Assembly (NCBI GenBank): GCA_965248265.1
Contig: CBDFJF010000002.1
Span: forward strand, 4,064,001-4,128,000
Origin: Candidatus Latescibacterota bacterium
Lineage (GTDB): Bacteria; Latescibacterota; UBA2968; UBA8231
Direction of reading: 5' to 3'
DNA length: 64,000 bases
Shown: positions 36,542 to 45,209 of the stretch, piece after piece
How positions within the stretch are numbered: the stretch's first letter is position 1
Layout of the letters: every line of letters starts with the position of its first letter
Position numbers and translations under genes: made by a program
Notes under the pieces: model-generated
Databases searched by the model: none
What the model was told of the DNA's origin: nothing
What the model saw: only the letters and a program-made list of their open reading frames with translations

Positions 36542-37629
36542 CAGACACCCACCTCTGTGGCGACCTGCTTGCCCCGTCGCATCTGGAAGACGAACGCCAA
36601 TACCTCAGCCGTTGCACGAAAGAGGTCTTCGGGGATTTCCTGCCCTACCTGTACGGCCTTGAACAGGGCCCGCGCCAGGGGTTTGTTCTCCACGATGGGC
36701 ACGCCCGCCTCACGCGCTAATTCCTTGATTTTTTGAGCAACCAGGCGCTGGCCTTTGGCCATGACGATCGGAGCTACCATGTTCGCGGGATCGTATTTCA
36801 GAGCTACCGCAACATGCGTCGGGTTGGCCACCACTACGTCGGATTCACCCACGTCAGACATCATGCGCTTGCGCGACATGTCGCGCTGCAGCGAGCGCAC
36901 CCGCGAGCGCAGGACGGGATCACCTTCCTGCTGTTTCTGCTCTTCCTTCAGTTCCTGCTTGGTCATCTTCAGGTTGTTCTCGTAGTCCCACCGCTGGAAG
37001 GCGTAATCGAGCACCGCCAACAACAGCAGGACCAAGGCTATCCGGAACCCGAGATCCAGCACGATATCAGCACCGAGTCCGAAGATCTGCCCGATGGACA
37101 TGTCGATGAGGGCCAGAAGGGTGTCGGCCTCGGACTCCAGGGTCATGTAGGTGATGACGGCGACGATGCCGATCTTGAAAAGCCCCTTGGCGAGTTCGAC
37201 AAGCCCTTTTTTCGAGAATATTCGTTTCACTCCCGCCAGCGGACTGATACGCTCAGCCTTGGGTTGCAGTGGCTGTCCGGTGAACAGCACCCCTACCTGC
37301 GAGACGTTGATGCCGACGGCGGCGATCACCAGCATCATGACCAATGGTGCCACGATGGCAACAAACCCGGTCACCCAGCGCTCGACATGCGGCTGTATCG
37401 TGAGCGGGTCGATGTTGATCGTCATTCCGTTCGTAAACATCTCGATCATTAGCCCACTCATGCGATCGTACATGTAGCCGCCCAGCCCCCACAGAGCTAG
37501 CAGCCCCATCATCAGAATCGCGACCGAACTGAGTTCGGCGCTGCGGGCCACCTGCCCCTTCTTGCGGGCATCATCGCGCCGTTTCGGCGTTGCCTGCTCG
37601 GTTTTTTCCTGGAATGACTCTTCAGCCAT
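36541..37629 (-). CDS. flhB: Flagellar export switch FlhB
   Basis: 'EKTEQAT.KR...ARKKGQV', autocleavage 'NPTH', 'ENKPLARAL'. Confidence 0.97.
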   Translation of the reverse strand: MAEESFQEKTEQATPKRRDDARKKGQVARSAELSSVAILMMGLLALWGLGGYMYDRMSGLMIEMFTNGMTINIDPLTIQPHVERWVTGFVAIVAPLVMMLVIAAVGINVSQVGVLFTGQPLQPKAERISPLAGVKRIFSKKGLVELAKGLFKIGIVAVITYMTLESEADTLLALIDMSIGQIFGLGADIVLDLGFRIALVLLLLAVLDYAFQRWDYENNLKMTKQELKEEQKQQEGDPVLRSRVRSLQRDMSRKRMMSDVGESDVVVANPTHVAVALKYDPANMVAPIVMAKGQRLVAQKIKELAREAGVPIVENKPLARALFKAVQVGQEIPEDLFRATAEVLAFVFQMRRGKQVATEVGV

Positions 37630-37647
37630 GACTAGCTCACATCTCCC

Positions 37648-38421
37648 TCATCCACCGAGCAACCGGACTACCGTGACGAGATCGCGTTCCAGCACATGAA
37701 CTACGCGCTCCATCACCAGGTAGAAGAGAGGTAACGACAGGGACAACGCGGTCATGCCAACGCCGATCTGAACAGGAAAGCCGACGATGAAGACGTTCAT
37801 CTGGGGCACTGTTCGCGCCAGAATGCCCATGGCGACCGACACCAGGAACAGAGCCACGAGGATCGGGGCGCTGATCTTCACCGCGACCACGAAGACTTCC
37901 GCGCATAGCGCCATCAGTTTCTCCATCACCGCCACGGGTAGCGTCACTCCGCCTAGAGGCACGACGTCGAAGCTGTGAAGCAGACCGTTCAGGATTACGT
38001 GATGGCCATTCATTGACAGCAGAATCAGGATTGCCAGAATGTTCAGAAACTGACCCAGGATAGAGATCTGGTTGCTCGATTGCGGATCGATGACGTTGAC
38101 GATGCCGAATCCCATCTGCAACCCGGCGAGCTGTCCGGCGAACTGAATCCCAACGAAGACCAGCAGTACGATGAATCCGAGGATCAGTCCCATGATCACT
38201 TCGCTCATCATCATGAAGACATACGCGAAGATCCCCTCTGGCACCTCGAAGCCGCGATCGGCCACGATCGGGAACACGATCAACGACACCATGAACGCCA
38301 GTCCTACTTTCCCTCGTGACAGGTAGCTGCGATGCCCGAAAATGGGTGCCGCGATCAATACCGCGCTCACGCGCAGCAGAATCAGCAGCAGGATATGAAA
38401 TTGACTGAGCCAGTATTCCAT
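37648..38421 (-). CDS. fliR: Flagellar export protein FliR
   Basis: 'AGQLAGLQMGF', 'GILARTVPQMNVFIVGFP'. Confidence 0.95.
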   Translation of the reverse strand: MEYWLSQFHILLLILLRVSAVLIAAPIFGHRSYLSRGKVGLAFMVSLIVFPIVADRGFEVPEGIFAYVFMMMSEVIMGLILGFIVLLVFVGIQFAGQLAGLQMGFGIVNVIDPQSSNQISILGQFLNILAILILLSMNGHHVILNGLLHSFDVVPLGGVTLPVAVMEKLMALCAEVFVVAVKISAPILVALFLVSVAMGILARTVPQMNVFIVGFPVQIGVGMTALSLSLPLFYLVMERVVHVLERDLVTVVRLLGG

Positions 38422-38424
38422 TCA

Positions 38425-38694
38425 TCAGCCGATCACGACGGGGATGCTGGAGATGAGCCGGTGGGTGAAATCGACGACCTGTTGCATCATCCACGGCAGA
38501 ATCAGGAGAATGGTCACTCCAACTGCCACGATTTTCGGGATGAACGTCAGGGTCATTTCGTGAACTTGGGTCACGGCCTGGAAGATGCTGACCGCGAGAC
38601 CGACGACGAGGGCGACTATCAGTATCGGTCCCCCGATCATCAGCACCAGCAGCATGGCCTCCTGTCCCAGTTTGACGACGTATTCAGGAGTCAT
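38425..38694 (-). CDS. fliQ: Flagellar export protein FliQ
   Basis: 'VGLAVSIFQAVTQVHEMTLTFIPKI'. Confidence 0.96.
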   Translation of the reverse strand: MTPEYVVKLGQEAMLLVLMIGGPILIVALVVGLAVSIFQAVTQVHEMTLTFIPKIVAVGVTILLILPWMMQQVVDFTHRLISSIPVVIG

Positions 38695-38746
38695 CGGATC
38701 TTAAATTCCTCGACGAATCGTGGCCCGCCCGGAGGCTTGACCACGG

Positions 38747-39532
38747 TCAGTTAAAGCTCCGAACGAGCGAATGCACCACCAGATTCCACCCGTCAACGAG
38801 GACGAACAGGAGAATCTTGAAAGGCAGAGAAACGACGATCGGAGGCAGCATCATCATACCCATGGACAGCAGAACACTGGAGACGACCAGATCGATCACC
38901 AGGAAGGGTATGAAGAGGACGAACCCTATCTGAAAGGCGGTGCGCAGCTCACTGATGATGAAACTCGGAATCAACACAGTATTCGGAACCTCAGCCCTGT
39001 TCTGCGGTTTATCGACACGGGCAAGGCGCACGAACAGGGCCATGTCCTTGGGCCGTGTCTGCTTCAACATGAACTCCCGCATCGGCTCCATGCCGCGATC
39101 CAGCGCTTCCTTGTAGGGAATCTCGTCTTCCATCAATGGCTGTAAGGCCTCGTCGTTGACGCGCTCGAGGGCCGGCCCCATCACGAAGAAAGTCAGGAAC
39201 AGGGACAAGCCGACGATCAACTGATTCGGCGGCATCTGCCCGTGGGTTCCGATCGCGGTGCGGAGGAACGACAACACGACGACGATTCGAGTAAACGATG
39301 TCATCATGATCAGTATGGACGGAGCCAGAGACAGAATCGTCAGCAGAAAAATGATCTGCAGAGACACGGCAGCATCCCCACCTTCCACGGCATCCTCTAC
39401 CTGCAGACTGAGTTTTGGTATGGTCTGGGCTTCAGCGAAGTCCATCCCGGTAACCGGGATCAGGGCGATGAAGGCGAGGACGAGGAAGACGGTGTTCCGT
39501 ACGGCGAGCCGGCGGCCCTGCATGTCACTCAT
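38747..39532 (-). CDS. fliP: Flagellar export protein FliP
   Basis: 'MMTSFTRIVVV', 'PPNQ', 'SELRTAFQIGF', 'MGMMMLPP', 'LFVLVDGW'. Confidence 0.97.
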   Translation of the reverse strand: MSDMQGRRLAVRNTVFLVLAFIALIPVTGMDFAEAQTIPKLSLQVEDAVEGGDAAVSLQIIFLLTILSLAPSILIMMTSFTRIVVVLSFLRTAIGTHGQMPPNQLIVGLSLFLTFFVMGPALERVNDEALQPLMEDEIPYKEALDRGMEPMREFMLKQTRPKDMALFVRLARVDKPQNRAEVPNTVLIPSFIISELRTAFQIGFVLFIPFLVIDLVVSSVLLSMGMMMLPPIVVSLPFKILLFVLVDGWNLVVHSLVRSFN

Positions 39533-40158
39533 GGTGCACTGACCTCCCCACGCAGGTGCCGAGACGGCTCTTTGTTGGAAAGGATCGAGCGAAACTGAGC
39601 GACGAAGGAGTTGCCATCACTGTCTGCAGGATCAGTGACCACCGGCAAATCCTCATCATCGAGTTGTGCCAGGGTGGTGATGCTGCCTTCGGTCACACCC
39701 AGAGCCAGAGCGCGCTGCCCGATCCTGACCAGGCAGATCGACTTCTTGGGACCCAGGTAACTGCGCTCGAGTACTCGAATCCTGCCTGTATTGGCCGAAA
39801 ACTGCTTGCCCAGGGAGCTCTTTCGCAGTACCGCGACCGAACCCCATACCAGCAGGATCACGACCCCCAGACCCAGACCAAGCTTGAGGATGACGGAAAA
39901 CATGGAAACCCCGGAAGCATCCCCTGTGACCACTGAATCGTCGTAGGGGGCACTGACGTACGGCTCGACGATCTGCGTTGGCACCAGTTCGTCGGTCGTG
40001 GCCTCAACCGGGGAAGACTCAACGGCCGCCGCGGGAGCAGACGGTTGGCTGCCTTTATCCGCAGCTTCCAGCCCGGTTGACGGGGAGGAAAGCAGTAAGA
40101 AGAAAAAAGCAACTGTGGATTGGCCGGCGCCGGAGAGGTGCCGGATAGCTCTGCTCAT
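39529..40158 (-). CDS. fliO: Flagellar protein FliO
   Basis: TM segment then 'IRVLERSYLGPKKSICLVRIG...LALGVTEGSITTL'; directly upstream of fliP; ATG 40158 preferred to the 40395 extension. Confidence 0.85.
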   Translation of the reverse strand: MSRAIRHLSGAGQSTVAFFFLLLSSPSTGLEAADKGSQPSAPAAAVESSPVEATTDELVPTQIVEPYVSAPYDDSVVTGDASGVSMFSVILKLGLGLGVVILLVWGSVAVLRKSSLGKQFSANTGRIRVLERSYLGPKKSICLVRIGQRALALGVTEGSITTLAQLDDEDLPVVTDPADSDGNSFVAQFRSILSNKEPSRHLRGEVSAP

Positions 40159-40326
40159 GTGGTGACTCCGCTGATGACTGTTCGCTACGAACTGCCCAAT
40201 TCGCTTCAAACAAACACATCCACGGGGTCTCGGCGCAGCCGAAAAACTCAGCGGCTGCTGTGAGACAAAAAGGCGCCGCGACTCCTCAGCCGCCAGCGGC
40301 TCTCCAGTGGTACCCGAGGTCCATTG

Positions 40327-40342
40327 AGCAAGTTGCATGCCT
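40327..40342 (-). promoter_or_regulatory. Sigma-54 (-24/-12) promoter for the fliO-fliA segment
   Basis: Minus strand AGGCATGCAACTTGCT (GG-N10-GC with TTGCT); AT-rich upstream region with IHF-like CAA-N4-TTA motifs at 40428-40437 and 40614-40623. Confidence 0.7.
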
Positions 40343-40662
40343 TGCCTGCCGGTGCTGGCAGAACAGGGTCCGGTCGGAGCCGAACCTCCACGCATGCGCG
40401 ACGTCGATGACCGTCACCTTATTTATGTAACGTGTTGTAAAAACAGCGGATAGAAACTATGGAAGGAAGGATTTCGAATGGCGGCCAGATCCATATATCG
40501 TTATGGGGCCAAGCGACCTGTCGCCGGGATATGCAGGAAAATGCTGCTGCTACGGGGGAAACATGTGCTGCCCCCCATCAATCAGGAATTTCTTACTTCA
40601 ATTCATTTATTTACAATAGGTTATGTTCAATATGCTCTCCGCGTCCGCGTGGCAATTCGGGA

Positions 40663-41241
40663 TTAAACTCCGGACAACGGATTCACCAGTTCAGTCACCC
40701 TGACTCCGAAGTTCTCCGAGACCGTCACTACTTCCCCTCTGGCGAACAACTCGCCATTCACCAGGACATCGACTGGCTCACCGACCGTTTTTTCGAGTTC
40801 GATCAATGACTGGTCTCCTAGTTCCATCACTTCCTGGATGATCTTCTTTGTGCGCCCAAGCTCAATCGTGACCGTCAACCGCACATCCATGAGCCGCTCG
40901 ATGTTCGGCGGCAGGCCAGCTGCCCCTCCTCCTATAGCGAGGCCGGCGGGAGCGCCCGGTGTGGCGCCACCTTCCTCCTCCATGGCCTTGAGCATCTCCG
41001 CTTCCATCATCTGGTCGACGTCCTCGGCTCCGCCGGCATCGTCGCCCTCTTCCTCCATCATGCGGAGCATCTCTTCGGCCAGGGGATCCATGTCTCCGGC
41101 GTCGTCCCCCTCACCGCCGTCGTCGGCGCTCATGGCTTCCTCCAGCGCCATGGCGTCATCCTCACCGACAGCATCACCGTCGTCGCCCACAGCGTCAGCC
41201 AGGGCCTCGTCCAGACCGTCCAGTTCCTCTTCTTCGGCCAT
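40663..41241 (-). CDS. fliN: Flagellar motor switch protein FliN with a long acidic N-terminal extension
   Basis: C-terminal SpoA domain 'LMDVRLTVTIELGRT..GEPVDVLVNG..ARGEVV..FGVRVTE'. Confidence 0.92.
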   Translation of the reverse strand: MAEEEELDGLDEALADAVGDDGDAVGEDDAMALEEAMSADDGGEGDDAGDMDPLAEEMLRMMEEEGDDAGGAEDVDQMMEAEMLKAMEEEGGATPGAPAGLAIGGGAAGLPPNIERLMDVRLTVTIELGRTKKIIQEVMELGDQSLIELEKTVGEPVDVLVNGELFARGEVVTVSENFGVRVTELVNPLSGV

Positions 41242-41278
41242 CAGTCCATATCTCCCTGTATCATTCCCACGTTACGGC

Positions 41279-42352
41279 TTACTTGGTATCGATGTAGGGC
41301 ACAGGGCGACTGCGATTCTTGAAGATCTCCTCGCTCTGTACCTCAATCGGTTGCAAGATCTGAACGGCGTTCTTGCGGCCAACCCGACCAGGACGCCCCA
41401 GAAACTTGGGCTCGTCTTGGACGTAGACGATGGTGGGATCGTCGATTTCCGTATCCATCTTTAGCACATCACCCACCCGCAAGTCCTGCAGCTCCTGGAA
41501 GGACGCTGTCCCACGGCCGAGCTCGGCCCGCATCGGCATGTAGGTTTTCTGCAGCCGGTCTCTATTCTGGCGAATGGTCTCTTCCCGGTTCTGGCGCCCT
41601 TGTCTGACGTAGGTTTGTTGCCCGAGCCGCGGCAGAATCGATTCAAGCGTAAAGAAGGGATAACAGAGACTCACCAATCCAGAGGCATTGGTCGAATTCA
41701 CCTCAAAAGCCAGCAGAATCACGATCTCACTCGCTGCCGTTATCTGCATGAACTCAGGATTGGTCTCCAGCTCGATATCGGAGATTTCAACGCGCAGGAT
41801 CGGTTCCCAAGTTGCTTCCAGGTCCTCCACCACGCGCTTGACGATCTTGGCGATCACTCCCATCTCGATCTGTGATAGCTGACGGGCGTCCACTCCCTGA
41901 GACGAGCCCTTGCCTCCGAAAATGCGATCGACGAAGGCGAAAACGACGGGCATGGCGAAATCGATGATGGCCTGACCGTTCGTCGGCCCCAGGGTGAACT
42001 GGTAGGAGCAGGAAGGATTGGACAACGACATGATGAATTCAGCGTAGGTCGTCTGATCCACGAACGCCGTGTCGACATCGACCACGGCCCTCATCGCTCC
42101 GGAAAAGGTCGAGCTGAGCAGGCGCGCAAAGTTGTCATGCAGATTTTCCAGCGTGCGCAACTGATCCTTGTTGACTCGCGCCGGATGCTTGAAGTCATAG
42201 CTGGTGATGATGCGCTGCGCCGTCGCATCCTCCATGCCACCACCACCGCCCCCCATGTCACCGAGGTCGGCGCCTCCGCCACCACCAGGATCGTCCGCTT
42301 CCGTCGCCGAAAGCAGTGCGTCTATTTCATCTTGTGAAAGTATGTCACCCAT
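41279..42352 (-). CDS. fliM: Flagellar motor switch protein FliM
   Basis: CheY-binding 'ILSQDEIDALL', 'YDFKHP', 'TYAEFIMSL', 'ETNPEF'. Confidence 0.96.
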   Translation of the reverse strand: MGDILSQDEIDALLSATEADDPGGGGGADLGDMGGGGGGMEDATAQRIITSYDFKHPARVNKDQLRTLENLHDNFARLLSSTFSGAMRAVVDVDTAFVDQTTYAEFIMSLSNPSCSYQFTLGPTNGQAIIDFAMPVVFAFVDRIFGGKGSSQGVDARQLSQIEMGVIAKIVKRVVEDLEATWEPILRVEISDIELETNPEFMQITAASEIVILLAFEVNSTNASGLVSLCYPFFTLESILPRLGQQTYVRQGRQNREETIRQNRDRLQKTYMPMRAELGRGTASFQELQDLRVGDVLKMDTEIDDPTIVYVQDEPKFLGRPGRVGRKNAVQILQPIEVQSEEIFKNRSRPVPYIDTK

Positions 42353-42471
42353 CAGTCACTCTCCGTAACCATGTAATTCAAAACCAGTATGTATCGTCAA
42401 CTTGTCAGTAAGACCTTGCCGCAACTTCGCTTTCTTCCCCCAAATCCCACCCGGTACGTGGTGATTGCCTG

Positions 42472-42523
42472 TGCAGAATCGGCCCGCCGATTCTGCAAAA
42501 GACTCGGCCAACGGCCGAGTCTT
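42472..42523. other. Twin adjacent hairpins just after the fliL stop codon
   Basis: TGCAGAATCGG-CCCG-CCGATTCTGCA followed by AAGACTCGGCC-AAC-GGCCGAGTCTT. Confidence 0.65.
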
Positions 42524-42531
42524 CCTCTTCA

Positions 42532-43155
42532 TCATTGGATGATGATCGCCGTCGCGATGATCTCCTGGATACTGACCCTCTTCTTGCTGTCTGAATCCGG
42601 CTCTACCCAGGCGATCTTCGAGAAGACCTCCTCGTTCAGAGCCGATTTCACGTCCTTCCACACCTCTTGGACATTCATGGACTCCAGGTCGTCGATCGTC
42701 TTCTCCCGCAGCACGCGCAATATGGTGCGTCTGATCAGCTTCATATTGGCGTCAACCAAGGCCAGTGAACCAGCATCCGCACCGATCTCGGCCGGCGTCA
42801 TCGGCGTACCTTCTTCGTTCGTCGCCATCAGTCCGAGCACAATTTCCAGCACCGCAAAGCGTTCAGAATTCGTTTCGGCCGGATTGAACGTAATCTTGAT
42901 GCCCTCAGCCGGGTGCTGGTATGGAAGTCCCGTGCCCTCCTCCTCGCTCTCCGCCAACTGCACCTGCTGCTGCGGGATCAGCGGATCGCCTGGATCCCTG
43001 TCATCCGGCGAGCCCGAATCCATTAAGGTCTTGATCACAACCCAGGCTACGACGACCTGCACCAGTAGCACGATAGCCGCAAGAGGCCCGTACTTCTTGA
43101 GTACGCTTCCGCCTGCCGGGGCAGGCCCGCCTGCTGCTTCATCTTCTTCGGCCAT
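42532..43155 (-). CDS. fliL: Flagellar basal-body protein FliL
   Basis: Single N-terminal TM segment; 'ITFNPA', 'IRRTILRVLREKT'; located between motB and fliM. Confidence 0.8.
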   Translation of the reverse strand: MAEEDEAAGGPAPAGGSVLKKYGPLAAIVLLVQVVVAWVVIKTLMDSGSPDDRDPGDPLIPQQQVQLAESEEEGTGLPYQHPAEGIKITFNPAETNSERFAVLEIVLGLMATNEEGTPMTPAEIGADAGSLALVDANMKLIRRTILRVLREKTIDDLESMNVQEVWKDVKSALNEEVFSKIAWVEPDSDSKKRVSIQEIIATAIIIQ

Positions 43156-43205
43156 CAGTCTTTCCTTTGTTTACCTATTCCCTACGCGCGCTTATCGCGC
43201 GTCAG

Positions 43206-43991
43206 TCACTTGTCCTGCAAGCCCAACCCCGCGTCGTCCATCAAAACCCGCACACTGTCGGGATTGGTCGTCTCCGTTCCCTCGTACTTGACGCGGATGA
43301 CGACCCGGCGGTTGAGACTGCGATTTTCGTATGAGTCGTTGTCAACATCTTCCTTGAGGGGCTTGAATTCACCGTACCCCATCGCCGCCAACCGCTTGCG
43401 CTCGATACCGATGTCGTCGGCGAAAATGTCCAACACCTGTAAAGCTCTCGCGCTGGATAACCAATGGTTGTTCGCGAAGTCATCATTTTCGATCGGCACG
43501 TTATCCGTGTGACCCTCAATCTCGATGCTGTTTTCCGGCAATCGATTCAACACCGAGCCGATACGAAAGATCAGCGATCTGGATTCGTCCTTGATATCGG
43601 CCTTGCCCACGTCGAAGAGCATATGATCCTTCATACGGATGACGATTCCTTCGGGACCCTGCGTGACTTCCACGTTTTCCTGCTGTCCCTGGGCCTCGAT
43701 CTCCTTCTCGATTTCCGCCTTGGCGTCCTTCATCGTGGGACGCGCCTCGGTGATATCGCCCTTGACGATCGGCATGAACATCTTGATCGGTGCCGACAAA
43801 ATTGGATCGCCGTCGAGTACCCCGAGCGCACCCTGCAGCGAGCCGATCGCGTTCTCGAAGTCCTCCTGACTCGTGGTCGAGAACGACAGCAACAGCACGA
43901 AGAAGGTCAGCAGCAGTGCCATCAGATCTCCGAATGTCGTCAACCACGACGGTAACTCTGGACAATCGGGACATTTTTTTTCCTTTGCCAT
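43206..43991 (-). CDS. motB: Stator B subunit (MotB/PomB)
   Basis: 'WLTTFGDLMALLLTFFVLLLSFS'; OmpA domain 'IEGHTDN', 'NHWLSSARA', 'NRRV'. Confidence 0.95.
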   Translation of the reverse strand: MAKEKKCPDCPELPSWLTTFGDLMALLLTFFVLLLSFSTTSQEDFENAIGSLQGALGVLDGDPILSAPIKMFMPIVKGDITEARPTMKDAKAEIEKEIEAQGQQENVEVTQGPEGIVIRMKDHMLFDVGKADIKDESRSLIFRIGSVLNRLPENSIEIEGHTDNVPIENDDFANNHWLSSARALQVLDIFADDIGIERKRLAAMGYGEFKPLKEDVDNDSYENRSLNRRVVIRVKYEGTETTNPDSVRVLMDDAGLGLQDK

Positions 43992-44025
43992 GGCTCGTCA
44001 ATCAACCCGCGTCTATGACAACGAC

Positions 44026-44799
44026 CTAGGCCGCCTCACGGCTCTCATCGCCGCTTGGACGCATTTTCGGCGACAGGAAGACCGACAATTTGTGCTCCAC
44101 GATTCTGGGATTGTCGCCTGACTGGATCGACATGATGCCTTCGATAATCATGCGCTTCGAGAGAACTTCCTTCTGCGAATAGGTCTTCAGCTTCGCGGCG
44201 ACCGGGCCGAAGGCGATGTTGGCAATGATGGCTCCGTACATCGTCGTCAGCAGGGCGATCGCCATACCGGGACCGATCGCCGCCGGATCGTCCATGTTCT
44301 TGAGCATGATGACGAGTCCGATAAGCGTTCCGATCATGCCGAAGGCGGGGGCCGCGTTTCCCATGTTGGCGATGATTTCCTGACCCATCTTGTGGCGCTC
44401 CTCGATGAACTGCAGTTCCGTTTCCAGGATGTCCATGATTAGGTCGGGCTCGGTGCCATCGACGGCGAGGCGCACGCCCTGACTGAGAAAGGTGTCATCG
44501 CCGTCTTCGATTGCCTGCTCGAGAGCCAGGATGCCTTCCCGGCGGGCGGTTTCGGCGAACCCCACGATGCGCTCGATCAGCTCAGTCGGCACCGGAACGC
44601 TGGTGATAATCGCATTCTTGTAGACCCCGACCAGGTTGACGACCTCCTGCAATGGATTGGCGATCAGGGCCGTAGCCAGCGTACCCCCAACGACGATGAT
44701 CATCGAGGGTGGATCGATCATCGAGGGCAGATTGCTGCCAATGCCTACCATCAAGCAGGTAGCCGCCGCGATGAATCCGACGATTGTTGCGATATCCAT
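44026..44799 (-). CDS. motA: Stator A subunit (MotA/PomA)
   Basis: 'MDIATIVG', 'ARREGILALE', 'APAFGMIGTLIGLV', 'MAIALLTTMYG'. Confidence 0.95.
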   Translation of the reverse strand: MDIATIVGFIAAATCLMVGIGSNLPSMIDPPSMIIVVGGTLATALIANPLQEVVNLVGVYKNAIITSVPVPTELIERIVGFAETARREGILALEQAIEDGDDTFLSQGVRLAVDGTEPDLIMDILETELQFIEERHKMGQEIIANMGNAAPAFGMIGTLIGLVIMLKNMDDPAAIGPGMAIALLTTMYGAIIANIAFGPVAAKLKTYSQKEVLSKRMIIEGIMSIQSGDNPRIVEHKLSVFLSPKMRPSGDESREAA

Positions 44800-44820
44800 A
44801 TCCGTTTACTCCTGTATCCT

Positions 44821-45024
44821 CTACCGAACGCCGCTGAAAATCGTCTGGGCGCAGCTTCTCTTGTACTCGACAACGAGCTCGATAACCTCGTCCACGGGCT
44901 CCATGACCATGATTTTCTTCCCCGACTGCAGACTGATCAAGGTATCCGGTGTCGCCTCGACGAACTCAATCATCTCGGCATTAATGACCATGTCCTTATC
45001 ATTCAACCGAGTCAGCTTTATCAT
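44821..45024 (-). CDS. flbD: Flagellar FlbD/SwrD family protein
   Basis: 'MIKLTRLN..MVINAEMIEFVEATPDTLISL.SGKKIMV.E'. Confidence 0.9.
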   Translation of the reverse strand: MIKLTRLNDKDMVINAEMIEFVEATPDTLISLQSGKKIMVMEPVDEVIELVVEYKRSCAQTIFSGVR

Positions 45025-45050
45025 GTCCAATCCCTTCAGGCGTCAAGATC

Positions 45051-45086
45051 GACGTATCTAACCTACCAGACTTATCTGACCTACCA
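45051..45086. repeat. 18-bp tandem duplication
   Basis: GACGTATCTAACCTACCA / GACTTATCTGACCTACCA. Confidence 0.55.
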
Positions 45087-45109
45087 AAAGTACCCCGTAC
45101 CACCGCGTA

Positions 45110-45154
45110 GGAGTTGCGTAAGCAACTCCGAAAGAGTCGCCCAAAGCGACTCTT
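45110..45154. other. Twin adjacent hairpins downstream of flgE
   Basis: GGAGTTGC-GTAA-GCAACTCC followed by AAGAGTCGC-CCAAA-GCGACTCTT. Confidence 0.65.
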
Positions 45155-45209
45155 CAATATACCTTTATACGTTCAGCTTGCCTATCAGTGCCTCAAGTCG
45201 ACCGACCTA

